This document shows, piece by piece, positions 39,480 to 51,975 of a DNA stretch of 64,000 bases (positions are counted from its first letter, which is position 1; every line of letters begins with the position of its first letter). Source of the stretch: Candidatus Binatia bacterium. Lineage in GTDB: Bacteria; Desulfobacterota; Binatia; UBA9968; JAJDTQ01. Under the pieces are notes generated by a model. It ran no database searches, was not told the DNA's origin, and was given only the letters and a program-made list of their open reading frames with translations. The DNA is taken from contig OY762897.2 in the NCBI GenBank assembly GCA_963666515.2, forward strand, positions 3,680,001 through 3,744,000. The letters run 5' to 3'. A program made the translations under genes and the position numbers.

Positions 39480-42131
39480 ATGGCCGCGAAAGACAAGCGC
39501 CGCATCGTTCTTCTGGACAGCTACTCCCTCGCGTTCCGCGCCTTTTTCGCCCTGCCGGAGACCCTGGTCACCAGTTCCGGGCAGGTGACCAACGCGGTTT
39601 CGGGCTTCACCTCGATGCTCATCAAGCTGGAGAGCGAGGAGCGGCCAGACGCGGTCATCGCGTGCATGGACAAGGGCGAGCCGCAGTTCCGCCTGGACCA
39701 GTACCCGGCGTACAAGGCGGGGCGGGGCGAGACCCCCGATACCCTCCGGCAGCAGTTCCCGCTTATCCGCGCGGTGCTGGAGGCGCTGTGCGTCCCGGTG
39801 GTGGAACTGGAAGGGTACGAGGCCGACGATCTGCTGGCTACGCTGGCCCGCCGCGGCCGCGAAGCCGGGCACCACGTGATCATCGTCAGCGGCGACCGCG
39901 ACTGTCTCCAGCTCGTGAACGACGACGTCACCGTGCTGATGAACCGCCGGGGCGTCACCGACATGATCCGCTACGATCCGGCGATGGTGGAGGAGCGCTA
40001 CGGGGTCGCCCCCGAGCGCTGGACCGAGTTCGCCGCCCTCAAGGGCGAGCAGGCTGACAACCTTCCCGGCGTCCCCGGCGTGGGCGACAAGACCGCGGCC
40101 AAGCTGCTGGCGCAATACGGCAGCATCGAGGGCATCATCGAGCACGCCGCCGAGCTGACCCCGAAGATCCGCAAGGGCATCGAGGAGTGCGCCGACCAGG
40201 TGAAGCTCAACCGCAAGCTCGGGCGGCTGCTGGACGACGTGCCGCTGGAGACCGACGAGAGCCTGTTCGTGCGCCGGCCGTGGGATCCGGAGACGGTGCG
40301 CAAGCTGTTCACCTCGCTGGAGTTCCGTACGCTGTACCAGCGGCTCCTGGCGCTGGCGCCGGAGGCGGAGCCCGCGGAGGAGGCGGTGATCCGGCCGTCG
40401 TCCATCTCCCGGTGGACTTCCGGCGCGGACGTCCCCGAGGGCGATGCGGTGGCGGTGGCCTGGGACGATGTGGACGGCGGCATGGCGGCGCTGTGCGCGC
40501 GGCCCGGCGAGGTGGGGATGCTGCCGCTGGAGGTGGCCGCGGGGCCGGACGAAGTGCTGGCGGACGGGGACACCGCCAAGGTGGTGTACGAGGCCAAGCC
40601 GCTCTACGGCGCCATGCTCCGCAACGGCGCCCGGCTGGGCGGCGTGCGCTGCGATCTCAAGATCGCCGCCTACCTGCTGGACCCCGGCGCCAGCGGCGGC
40701 TACGCGCTCAAGGACATCGTGCGCCGCTACCTCGACGCGGAGTTGGAGGGCGAGGCCGCGGAGGCCCCGGACGGTCCGGCACAGGGCGACCTCCTGAACC
40801 CCGGCGACGAGGATCGGGAGGCGGCGGCGCGCCGGCGCCGGCTGGCGGCCGAGGCCGCGGCGGTGCAGGCGCTGGCGCCGGTGCTGGAGGCGCGGCTCAA
40901 GGAGGCCGGGAGCTGGGAGCTGGCGCAGACGCTGGAGTTCCCGCTGACCGAGGTGCTGGCGCGCATGGAGCACGCCGGCATCCTGGTGGACGACGGCTAT
41001 CTCGGCGGTCTCAACCGGGAGCTGGGGGAGCGCATGGACGCGCTCCAGGCGAGGGTGCAGGAGCACGCCGGCGAGCCCTTCAACGTCAACTCCCATCCGC
41101 AGTTGTCGCGCATCCTGTTCGAGAAGCTCGGGCTGCCCAAGACCAAGAAGATCAAGACCGGCTACTCCACCGACGCCGCGGAGTTGGGCAAGCTGGCCGG
41201 CGCCCATCCCATCATCGACGCGCTGCTGGAATACCGCGAGGTGGCCAAGCTCAGGACCGGGTTCACCGACTCGCTGCTGAGCCTGGTGAACGCGGACACG
41301 GGGCGCATCCACACCACCTACGAGCAGGCCGCGGCCGCCACCGGTCGGCTGTCGTCCTCGGCGCCCAACCTGCAAAACATCCCGATCCGGGCCGACCTCG
41401 GGCGGCAGATCCGGCGCGCCTTCGTGGCGCCGCAGGACAGCGTGCTGGTCTCCGCGGACTATTCGCAGATCGAGCTGCGCATCCTGGCGCACCTGTCAGA
41501 GGACGAGAGCTTCCTGGCGGCCTTCGCCCAGGGCCACGACTTCCACGCCGCCACCGCGGCCAAGGTGTTCGGCGTGGACCTGCCGGACGTCACCTCGGAG
41601 ATGCGCAGCCGCGTCAAGCAGTTCTCCTACGGCATCGCCTACGGCATGTCCGCGTTCGGGGTGTCCCAGCGGCTGGGCATCGAGGTGGGCGAGGCGCGGG
41701 AGTTCATCGACGCCTACTACGCCCAGTTCCCGGCGGTGAAGGCGTTCCTGGACGCGCAGGTGGAGAAGGCCAAGGTGGACGGCTTCACCACCACCATGTT
41801 CGGGCGCCGGCGCTACCTGCCGGAGCTTCAGTCCGCCAACTACCGGTTGCGGGCGGTGGGCGAGCGCATGGCCCTCAACGCGCCGATCCAGGGCAGCGCC
41901 GCGGACATCATGAAGCGGGCCATGATCGCGGTGGACCGGGCGCTGCTGGAGGAGCCGGCCGCGCGCATGCTGCTCACGGTCCACGACGAGCTGGTGTTCG
42001 AGGTGCCCCGCGCCTCGCTGGACCGGGCCACGGCGCTGGTCAAGGAGCGCATGGAGGGCGCCGCGGAGCTGCGCTGCGGGCTGGTGGTGGACGTCCACAC
42101 CGGGGAGAACTGGGCCGACGCGCACGCATAG
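39480..42131 (+). CDS. polA: DNA polymerase I
   Basis: 5'-3' exonuclease YEADD, GDRD, DNLPGVPGVG. Polymerase TGRLSS..PNLQNIP, ADYSQIELR, VHDELVFE. The 3'-5' exonuclease domain looks degenerate. Confidence 0.97.
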   Translation: MAAKDKRRIVLLDSYSLAFRAFFALPETLVTSSGQVTNAVSGFTSMLIKLESEERPDAVIACMDKGEPQFRLDQYPAYKAGRGETPDTLRQQFPLIRAVLEALCVPVVELEGYEADDLLATLARRGREAGHHVIIVSGDRDCLQLVNDDVTVLMNRRGVTDMIRYDPAMVEERYGVAPERWTEFAALKGEQADNLPGVPGVGDKTAAKLLAQYGSIEGIIEHAAELTPKIRKGIEECADQVKLNRKLGRLLDDVPLETDESLFVRRPWDPETVRKLFTSLEFRTLYQRLLALAPEAEPAEEAVIRPSSISRWTSGADVPEGDAVAVAWDDVDGGMAALCARPGEVGMLPLEVAAGPDEVLADGDTAKVVYEAKPLYGAMLRNGARLGGVRCDLKIAAYLLDPGASGGYALKDIVRRYLDAELEGEAAEAPDGPAQGDLLNPGDEDREAAARRRRLAAEAAAVQALAPVLEARLKEAGSWELAQTLEFPLTEVLARMEHAGILVDDGYLGGLNRELGERMDALQARVQEHAGEPFNVNSHPQLSRILFEKLGLPKTKKIKTGYSTDAAELGKLAGAHPIIDALLEYREVAKLRTGFTDSLLSLVNADTGRIHTTYEQAAAATGRLSSSAPNLQNIPIRADLGRQIRRAFVAPQDSVLVSADYSQIELRILAHLSEDESFLAAFAQGHDFHAATAAKVFGVDLPDVTSEMRSRVKQFSYGIAYGMSAFGVSQRLGIEVGEAREFIDAYYAQFPAVKAFLDAQVEKAKVDGFTTTMFGRRRYLPELQSANYRLRAVGERMALNAPIQGSAADIMKRAMIAVDRALLEEPAARMLLTVHDELVFEVPRASLDRATALVKERMEGAAELRCGLVVDVHTGENWADAHA

Positions 42132-42132
42132 G

Positions 42133-42164
42133 CCCTTCGACTTCGCTCCGCTACGCTCAGGGCG
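42133..42164. repeat. Short palindromic repeat, CCCTTCGAC..GCTCAGGGCG family
   Basis: CCCTTCGACTTCGCTCCGCTACGCTCAGGGCG, nearly the reverse complement of 47319-47350. Confidence 0.75.
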
Positions 42165-42181
42165 CAAGCTCGGAGGTGTAC

Positions 42182-43063
42182 ATGACCTGGTTGCAGGAAT
42201 TCCCGACCCTTGACGAAGCCTCGTTGCGCACCCTCAAGAAGGCGTTCGACTCCGGCTATCGGTCGTTCTCCAGGAGCTACGGCGACGCCATCGAGAGCTT
42301 CTTCGATCCCCTGCTCTACTTCCTGGTGTGGTTCGAGCGGCTCCTGCTGGCCACCCCCTGGTGGCTGGTGATCATCGTGGTGGCGTTCGTGTGCTACGTG
42401 GCCGGCCGCAGCCGGAAGCTCTCCATCGCCGTGGCCGCGGCGCTCTTCCTCATCGGCTACCTGGGCATGTGGGACGACACCATGCGCACCCTGGCCATCA
42501 TCTTCGTCTCCACCATCATCGCCATCGCCATCGGCATCCCGGTGGGCATCTGGATGTCCCGCTCCGACCGGGTGCAGGCCCTCATCACGCCGATACTCGA
42601 CATCATGCAGACCATGCCCATCTTCGTCTACCTGATCCCGGTGGTGATGCTGTTCGGCCTCGGCAAGATCCCGGGGCTGATCGCGGTGGTGATCTACGCG
42701 GTGCCGCCGGTCATCCGGCTCACCAACCTGGGCATCCGGCTGGTGGACAAGGAGGTGCTGGAGGCCGCCGACGCCTTCGGCACCGACACCTGGAGGCGGC
42801 TGTTCGACATCCAGATGCCGCTGGCGCTCCCCAACATCATGGCGGGCGTCAACCAGACCATCATGATGGCGCTCTCCATGGTGGTCATCGCTTCCATGAT
42901 CGGGGTCAAGGGCCTGGGCCAGCCGGTGCTCCAGGCGGTGACCAACCAGTACTTCGCGCTGGGCCTGTTCAACGGGGCCGCGGTGGTGGCGCTGGCCATC
43001 GTGTTCGACCGCATCACCCAGAGCTACGGCAGGCGCATACAAACCAGCAGGCAGACGTCATGA
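42182..43063 (+). CDS. proW: Glycine betaine/proline ABC transporter permease
   Basis: PILDIMQTMPIFVYLIP, PPVIRLTNLGIR, EAADAFG, QMPLALPNIMAGVNQTIMMALSMVVIASMIG. GGAGG RBS. Confidence 0.92.
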   Translation: MTWLQEFPTLDEASLRTLKKAFDSGYRSFSRSYGDAIESFFDPLLYFLVWFERLLLATPWWLVIIVVAFVCYVAGRSRKLSIAVAAALFLIGYLGMWDDTMRTLAIIFVSTIIAIAIGIPVGIWMSRSDRVQALITPILDIMQTMPIFVYLIPVVMLFGLGKIPGLIAVVIYAVPPVIRLTNLGIRLVDKEVLEAADAFGTDTWRRLFDIQMPLALPNIMAGVNQTIMMALSMVVIASMIGVKGLGQPVLQAVTNQYFALGLFNGAAVVALAIVFDRITQSYGRRIQTSRQTS

Positions 43064-44121
43064 CAACCGCAAGCGCTTCGAATATCGAGATCCATTCCCT
43101 CTACAAGGTCTTCGGCGACGATCCCCGGTCGGTGATGCCCCTGGTGCGGGACGGCGTGGACAAGCAGGAGCTGCTGGAGTCCCACGGCCACGTGCTGGGG
43201 CTTCGGGACATCAACCTGACGGTCAAGCCGGGCAGCATCCAGGTGGTGATGGGGCTCAGCGGCTGCGGCAAGTCCACCCTGGTGCGGCACGTCAACCGGC
43301 TCATCGACCCCACCGAAGGGACCGTGCTGGTGGACGGCCAGGACGTGCTCGGCCTGGACCAGGGCGCGCTGCAGCACCTGCGGCGGCACAAGGTCAGCAT
43401 GGTGTTCCAGCGCTTCGCGCTGTTTCCCCACCGGACCATCCTGGAGAACGTCCGCTACGGCCTGCAGATGCAGGGCGTGGCGCGGGCGGAATGCGACGAA
43501 CGGGCCGAGCGCTGGATCGAGCGGGTCGGGCTCTCGGGCTACGAGGCCTCCTACCCGCACCATCTCTCCGGCGGCATGCAGCAGCGCGTGGGCCTCGCCC
43601 GGGCGCTGGCCACCGAAGCCGAGATCCTGCTGATGGACGAGGCCTTCAGCGCCCTGGACCCGCTGATCCGCACCGACATGCAGACCCTGCTGCTGGAGCT
43701 GCAGCGGGAGCTGCACCGGACCATCCTGTTCGTCACCCACGACCTCGACGAGGCCATCACCCTGGGCGACCGCATCGCCATCCTGCGGGACGGCGAGGTG
43801 GTGCAGAACGGCGATTCCCAGGAGATCGTGCTGCAGCCCAGCGACGACTACATCTCCAACTTCACCCGCAACATCAACCGCGGCCGGGTCATCCGGGTGG
43901 GCTCCATCATGGAGCCCACGCAGCCCCGCGCGCAGGCGCCGGCGGCCAGGGACTGTTCGGTTCCCTCGGAGATGCTGCTGGAGGAGGCGTTGCCGGTGGT
44001 GGTGGCGTCGCCCAACGACAAGGCCGCGGTGGTGGACGTCAAGGGCAAGACCGTGGGCGCCATCTCGGTGGGCCGGATGGTTCACGCCCTGGCCGGCGAC
44101 CGGCTGACGGGCGCGGCGTAG
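43060..44121 (+). CDS. proV: Glycine betaine/proline ABC transporter ATPase
   Basis: MGLSGCGKST, LSGGMQQRVGLARAL, LLMDEAFSALDPLIR. ATGA overlap with the permease. Confidence 0.93.
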   Translation: MTTASASNIEIHSLYKVFGDDPRSVMPLVRDGVDKQELLESHGHVLGLRDINLTVKPGSIQVVMGLSGCGKSTLVRHVNRLIDPTEGTVLVDGQDVLGLDQGALQHLRRHKVSMVFQRFALFPHRTILENVRYGLQMQGVARAECDERAERWIERVGLSGYEASYPHHLSGGMQQRVGLARALATEAEILLMDEAFSALDPLIRTDMQTLLLELQRELHRTILFVTHDLDEAITLGDRIAILRDGEVVQNGDSQEIVLQPSDDYISNFTRNINRGRVIRVGSIMEPTQPRAQAPAARDCSVPSEMLLEEALPVVVASPNDKAAVVDVKGKTVGAISVGRMVHALAGDRLTGAA

Positions 44122-44158
44122 GTGGAGGTGTGGCCGAGAGTTTGCCGGGTGCGGGGAT

Positions 44159-44233
<75 letters not shown>

Positions 44234-44245
44234 TCTTGACCCACC

Positions 44246-44274
44246 CTCATAGGGGATCGGGAAAATGATGTCAA
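44246..44274 (-). promoter_or_regulatory. Putative sigma70 promoter of tRNA-Gly
   Basis: TTGACA (44274-44269), 17 nt, TATGAG (44251-44246), 12 nt before the tRNA. Confidence 0.55.
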
Positions 44275-44287
44275 TCCTGGGGTGATG

Positions 44288-44299
<12 letters not shown>
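44266..44299. repeat. 17-bp perfect tandem duplication
   Basis: TGATGTCAATCCTGGGG twice (44266-44282, 44283-44299). Confidence 0.9.
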
Positions 44300-47271
<2,972 letters not shown>

Positions 47272-47350
47272 CCCTTGACATGCTCGGGACGAACGGTGAA
47301 AAGTCCTTCACAACCGTTCGTCGTGAGCGTAGCGAAGCGAAGTCGAAGGG
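47272..47350. repeat. Inverted pair of CCCTTCGAC/CCGTTCG-family repeats
   Basis: CCCTTGACATGCTCGGGACGAACGG (47272-47296) and CCGTTCGTCGTGAGCGTAGCGAAGCGAAGTCGAAGGG (47314-47350). Confidence 0.75.
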
Positions 47351-47387
47351 CGCAAGCTTGCAGCCATGCGCGAGAGGAGCTGTAACC

Positions 47388-48821
47388 ATGGAAAATCGAG
47401 CGGCAGCGATACATGACGGGCTGAAGCACCCGGTGATCGACGGCGACGGCCACTGGATCGAGCCGATTCCGGTCTTTCTCGAATACCTGAGCGAGGCCGG
47501 CGGCGCCGGGGCGGTGGACAAGATCCGCGCGCTGTGGCGCCGGAACCAGGGGTGGTACCGGGCGACCGCGGCGGAACGCCAGCACCACCGCATGCGCCGC
47601 ACCATCTGGTGGGGCGTCACCGCGGACACGCTCGACAAGGCCACCGGGCTGCTGCCGGCCCTTCTGAACGAGCGGCTGCCCGAGCTGGGCATCGACTTCG
47701 CAATGATCTATCCGAGCTTCGGGCTGAGCGTCAACGGCATCCAGGACGACGACCTGCACCGGGCCGGCGTCCGCGCCTACAACATGATGACGTGGGACAT
47801 GTTCGCGCCGTACGCCGAAAGGTTCGCGCCGGTGGCCATCATCCCCTGCCACAGGCCGGAAGACGCCCTGGAGGAGATGGAATACGCGGTGGTGCAGCGC
47901 GGCTACCGGGCGATCATGCTGCGGGGCAACCAGGAGCGGAAGATCCCGGGCGCGGCCGAGGGCATCGATCCGGGCAAGGCCGCCTGGTACTGCGACAACA
48001 TCGCCCTGGACAGCCCCTACGACTACGAGCCGGTGTGGCAGAGGTGCGTCGAGCTGGGGGTGGCGGTGACCCAGCACTCGGGCAGCGGCCGATGGCACGA
48101 CCGCGCCTCCATCACCAACTTCACCTACAACCACGTCGGCCACTTCGCCGAGTCGAACCACGCCTTCGCCCGCGGCGTCTTCCTGGGCGGCCTCGTGAAC
48201 CGCTACCCGAGCCTCAACTTCGGGTTCATGGAAGGCGGCATAAGCTGGGCCTGCCAGATGTGCTTCGACCTGATAGAGCACTGGGAGAAGCGCCGCCGCG
48301 CCGGGCTGCAATACCCGGACGCCACCGACGTCGAAGAGTTGAAGGGGTTCATCGACCGCTACGGGGACGAGAGGCTCAAGGCCAACGCCGGAGCCCTCAT
48401 GGACAACCTGGACGCCTTCCGGCCCAACTGCAGCCTGGAGGAGCTGGCGAACCCCGATCACGTGGTGGACGACTTCGAGGCCGCGGGGATCGACTCCGAG
48501 GAGGACGTCGAGGCGGTGTTCGCCAACAACTTCTTCTTCGGCTGCGAGGCCGACGACCGCGCCACCATGTGGGCGTTCGATCCGCGCATGGGCGTGCGCC
48601 TACAGCCGATTTTCAGCTCCGACTTCACCCACTTCGACGTTCCCGACTTCAAGGAGGTGATCCCGGAAGCCTACGAAATGGTGGAGAAGGGCCACGTGAC
48701 CGAGCAGGACTTCCGCGAGTTCACCTTCACCAACGCCGCCCGCCTGCACACCCGCAACAACCCGGACTTCTTCAAGGGCACCGTGGTCGAGCAGGCCGTG
48801 GCAGAGGAGCTTGGGATGTAG
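47388..48821 (+). CDS. Amidohydrolase family protein (amidohydro_2)
   Basis: VIDGDGH, GIDFAMIYPS, RYPSLNFGFMEGG, FSSDFTHFD, NAARL. AGGAG RBS before ATG 47388. Confidence 0.9.
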   Translation: MENRAAAIHDGLKHPVIDGDGHWIEPIPVFLEYLSEAGGAGAVDKIRALWRRNQGWYRATAAERQHHRMRRTIWWGVTADTLDKATGLLPALLNERLPELGIDFAMIYPSFGLSVNGIQDDDLHRAGVRAYNMMTWDMFAPYAERFAPVAIIPCHRPEDALEEMEYAVVQRGYRAIMLRGNQERKIPGAAEGIDPGKAAWYCDNIALDSPYDYEPVWQRCVELGVAVTQHSGSGRWHDRASITNFTYNHVGHFAESNHAFARGVFLGGLVNRYPSLNFGFMEGGISWACQMCFDLIEHWEKRRRAGLQYPDATDVEELKGFIDRYGDERLKANAGALMDNLDAFRPNCSLEELANPDHVVDDFEAAGIDSEEDVEAVFANNFFFGCEADDRATMWAFDPRMGVRLQPIFSSDFTHFDVPDFKEVIPEAYEMVEKGHVTEQDFREFTFTNAARLHTRNNPDFFKGTVVEQAVAEELGM

Positions 48822-48845
48822 GCGCTCGCCTACTCGAACAGCCCC

Positions 48846-49295
48846 CTACTCGGAGCGCTTGGTGTCCGGTATCTCCCTTCGGGCGGTGTCCTCGTTCACC
48901 ACCGTCAACTCGATGAGACGCACCGCGGTGCCGCCCCCGACGTCCTTCCTGTGGGCCTTGAACCGCGCGTAGAGGACCGAGCGCGCCTTGACCTCCACGT
49001 CGATGGTGATCTTCTCGGTCGTGATCGGGAGGCTGCCCATTTCCGTCAGGATCGTGTGCTTGCCGGGCGGCAGTTCGTGAACCTGGTGGGTGCCGTTATC
49101 GAGGTCCGCCTTCCGCTCACCGTCCACGTAGACGCGCACCGGAAGAAGGCCGCCCACGAAAGACCACGGGCGGTACAGGTACACGAGGCCGACACCGGCC
49201 TCGGGCTTCGTCCATCCGTCGAAGGCGGGTCCCTGGACGGTGGCGCAGCCGCCCAGGAGCAGGGCGGCGGCAAGCCATGTCGCGGCGGCGCGCAC
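48846..49295 (-). CDS. DUF2846-like lipoprotein
   Basis: Lipobox LGGC, LVYLYRP, VYVDG, L.NG, LPPGKH. GTG start inferred. Confidence 0.8.
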   Translation of the reverse strand: MRAAATWLAAALLLGGCATVQGPAFDGWTKPEAGVGLVYLYRPWSFVGGLLPVRVYVDGERKADLDNGTHQVHELPPGKHTILTEMGSLPITTEKITIDVEVKARSVLYARFKAHRKDVGGGTAVRLIELTVVNEDTARREIPDTKRSE

Positions 49296-49302
49296 GGAGT
49301 GG

Positions 49303-50316
49303 CTACGCTTCCAGCCCCAGCGAGTAGAAGCGGTTGGAGTTGTCGAAGAAGACCTTCCGCTTCTGATCCTCGGAAATGTCGGTCCGTTCGCGGACCTCCT
49401 TGGTGGCGTTGGGCCAGATGGTGTCCCAGTGCGGGTAGTCGGCGGCGAACAGCCACATGTCATCGCCGAAGCGGTCCATGCAGTAGGGCAGCATGGCGTC
49501 GTCCGGGTCGAAGCTCACGTACACCCGGCCGCTGGCGACGTACTCGCTGGGCTTGGCCTTGAGCAGCGGCGCTTCCTCGCTACGCCGCTCGTAGTGCTCG
49601 TCGATGCGGTCGAGCCAGTAGGGGAGCCAGCCGCACCCGGCCTCGAAGAAACCCAGCTTCAGATTGGGGAAGCGCTCCATCGCTCCGCAGGTCACGAGGC
49701 CGAGGAACGCCTGCATGATCTCGAAGGAGAAGCTCACGGTGTGGGCCTGGAGAAAGCTCTCCCAGCGCTCCTGTCCCTCCGCGCCCCAGGAGTTGCCGTG
49801 GAAGCAGACCGGGACCCCCAGCCGCTCGGCCTCGGCGTAGATGGGCCAGAACTCCTCGGCGCCGAGGTTCTTCTTGTGGCCGTGGGTGTGGATCATCACG
49901 CCGGGGTGGCGCCACTTGTTGACGGCCCGGTTCAGCTCCTCCACCGCCGCCGGAATGTTCTTCAGGGATACGGTGGCGATGCCCTTCAGGCGCGGGTTCT
50001 GCTGCTGGATCTCGCCGATGTAGTCGTTCCACGCCCGCGCCAGCGCTACCGAAAGATCGCTCTGAGGGACGAGGCAGAGGCTCAGCCCCATGGTCGGGTA
50101 GATGACGGTGAGGTCGATGCCCTCGACATCCATGTCCTTCACATACCCGTCGGTGCCGATGGTCATCTTGCCCATGCGTCCGAGAAAGCGGTCCCAGGTG
50201 TCGCTGGGAAACAGCCCCTGGCGGATGCGATGGTACTGCTCGGGTATGCGCGAGCGGTAGTCGTCGATGGTTTCGCGGATGTGCGAGTCGGAATCCACAA
50301 CGGGATAGGCAGCCAT
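49303..50316 (-). CDS. Amidohydrolase family protein (amidohydro_2)
   Basis: VVDSDSH, DMDVEGID..VIYPT, RFPNLKLGFFEAGCGW, FAADYPHWD. GGAGG RBS. Confidence 0.92.
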   Translation of the reverse strand: MAAYPVVDSDSHIRETIDDYRSRIPEQYHRIRQGLFPSDTWDRFLGRMGKMTIGTDGYVKDMDVEGIDLTVIYPTMGLSLCLVPQSDLSVALARAWNDYIGEIQQQNPRLKGIATVSLKNIPAAVEELNRAVNKWRHPGVMIHTHGHKKNLGAEEFWPIYAEAERLGVPVCFHGNSWGAEGQERWESFLQAHTVSFSFEIMQAFLGLVTCGAMERFPNLKLGFFEAGCGWLPYWLDRIDEHYERRSEEAPLLKAKPSEYVASGRVYVSFDPDDAMLPYCMDRFGDDMWLFAADYPHWDTIWPNATKEVRERTDISEDQKRKVFFDNSNRFYSLGLEA

Positions 50317-50423
50317 ATGCGTGTACCTCCAAGGTTGGGGTTGTAGCGGCCCCGCAGTCGCCGGCGATCCTGTGTCACAAGCCGCTGGAATTGTGAATAC
50401 GGCAAGACGTTGCCGCGTGTCAA

Positions 50424-50774
50424 TCAACGCGGGGGGGCGCCGTAGACCCGGTCGGTCTTGGCGGCCATGATGAAGTCGTTGCGGTGGAGATTGCGAATCT
50501 TGTGGGTCCACCAGGTGACGCGGACGCGGCCCCATTCGGTGACGATCCTCGGGTGGTGGCCCTCCGCCTCCGCGATGTCCCCCACCGCCGCGGTGAAGGC
50601 CAGCGCCTGGGCGAAGTTCCCGAACTTGAAGAGCCGGTCCAGCTTGGGGATGCCGTCCTCCTCGATCATTGCCCATTCCGGCGTCTGCGGCTTCAGCACG
50701 CCGACCTCCTCTTCGGTCACCACCGGGGCATCCGCCCGGCACGCCACGCACTTCTCTTCGGTCAACTGGGTCAT
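50424..50774 (-). CDS. phhB: Pterin-4-alpha-carbinolamine dehydratase
   Basis: [29 protein letters not shown]. Confidence 0.95.
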   Translation of the reverse strand: MTQLTEEKCVACRADAPVVTEEEVGVLKPQTPEWAMIEEDGIPKLDRLFKFGNFAQALAFTAAVGDIAEAEGHHPRIVTEWGRVRVTWWTHKIRNLHRNDFIMAAKTDRVYGAPPR

Positions 50775-50877
50775 GGAATTCCTCCGGTATCAGGTAACGG
50801 GTCGGGGGTTAGCTTATCGGGTATATTGAGGGTAGGAAAACGGAACCGGGGCCGCGTGTTCCGGGACAGGAGGTGCC

Positions 50878-51897
50878 ATGTCAGACGATCGCTTTCGCGT
50901 GGTGGTGCTGGACGACTACGAGAGATTCTGCACCGGGGTTCCGGCCTACCGGGAAGCTGCGGGGTTGGCCGACGTCAAGGTGGTGGAGCACAAGCTCACC
51001 ACCGATGACGAATGGTCCGAGGCCGTGGGCGACGCCCACGCGGTGGTGCTCATGCGCGAGCGCTCGCCGTTCCGGCAACGGGAGTTCGGGCTGGCGCCTT
51101 CGCTCCGGTTCATCTCGCAGATCGGCCGCGGCATACCGCACCTGGATTTGGCCGAGGCCACCCGCCGCGGCATCGTGGTGTCGTGCACGCCCAACGACTC
51201 CGGCGCCTCCACCGTGGAGCTGACGATTGCGTTGCTGACGGCGCTGGCAAGGCAGATCCCGTCGGTGAGCCAGGGCATGCGCGAGGGCGCTTGGCCGCCG
51301 GCGGTGGGCATGCTGCTGGAGGGGAGGACCCTGGGGGTCATCGGCCTCGGCCGGATCGGCGCCAGGGTGGCCCGCATCGCACGGGCCATGGACATGAACC
51401 TGTTGGCCGCGGGCAAGACCCTGACGGACGAACGGGCCGCGGAGGCGGGAGCGCGGCGGGTCTCCCTCGATACGCTGCTGGAGGAATCGGACATCGTCTC
51501 GGTGCACTGCCGGCTGAACGCCGAGACCCGTGGACTCATCGGCCGCCGGGAATTCCAGCGCATGAAGCCCGGCGCGCTGCTCATCAACACGGCCCGCGGC
51601 CCGATCATCTCGGAGGAAGCGTTGGTCGAGTCGCTCCGGCAGGGGCATCCTGCGGGCGTCGGCCTCGACGTCTACGACGAGGAGCCGCTGCCACCGGACC
51701 ATCCGCTACGCGGCTTCGACAACGTCATCCTGGCCTCGCATCGCGGTTACGCCGTGGACCGCATCCTGCACCAGCGCTACCAAGCGGCGTTCACCAACGT
51801 CATCCGCTTCATCGAGGGCGCCCCGGTGGACGTCATCAATCCGGAGGCCGCCCCGCCACCGCCCCTGGATTCCGGGTCAAGTTTACCCCGGGCTTGA
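50878..51897 (+). CDS. D-2-hydroxyacid dehydrogenase family protein
   Basis: VVVLDDY, MRER, LGVIGLGRIG, MKPGALLINTARG, LDVYDEEPL, SHRGY. Confidence 0.93.
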   Translation: MSDDRFRVVVLDDYERFCTGVPAYREAAGLADVKVVEHKLTTDDEWSEAVGDAHAVVLMRERSPFRQREFGLAPSLRFISQIGRGIPHLDLAEATRRGIVVSCTPNDSGASTVELTIALLTALARQIPSVSQGMREGAWPPAVGMLLEGRTLGVIGLGRIGARVARIARAMDMNLLAAGKTLTDERAAEAGARRVSLDTLLEESDIVSVHCRLNAETRGLIGRREFQRMKPGALLINTARGPIISEEALVESLRQGHPAGVGLDVYDEEPLPPDHPLRGFDNVILASHRGYAVDRILHQRYQAAFTNVIRFIEGAPVDVINPEAAPPPPLDSGSSLPRA

Positions 51898-51917
51898 CCC
51901 GGGGCCCGGAATGACGG
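51864..51917. repeat. GTCATTCCGG-family repeat with a nested second hairpin
   Basis: CCTGGATTCCGGGTCAAG-TTTACCCCGGG-CTTGACCCGG-GGCCCGGAATGACGG shares both ends with the 17049-17078 copy. Confidence 0.8.
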
Positions 51918-51919
51918 TT

Positions 51920-51946
51920 GTAGGGGCGACCCGCGGTCGCCCCTAC
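51920..51946. repeat. GTAG-type REP palindrome
   Basis: GTAGGGGCGACC-CGC-GGTCGCCCCTAC, a perfect 12-bp stem between convergent genes. Confidence 0.85.
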
Positions 51947-51975
51947 CGGTGGCGGTCCTCGCCGCCAGTGATCCG

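Noticed and set aside
40187-42181. PolA-region fusion to the permease (958-aa track ORF)
   Set aside because: Alternative frame over polA; the permease has its own GGAGG RBS and ATG at 42182.
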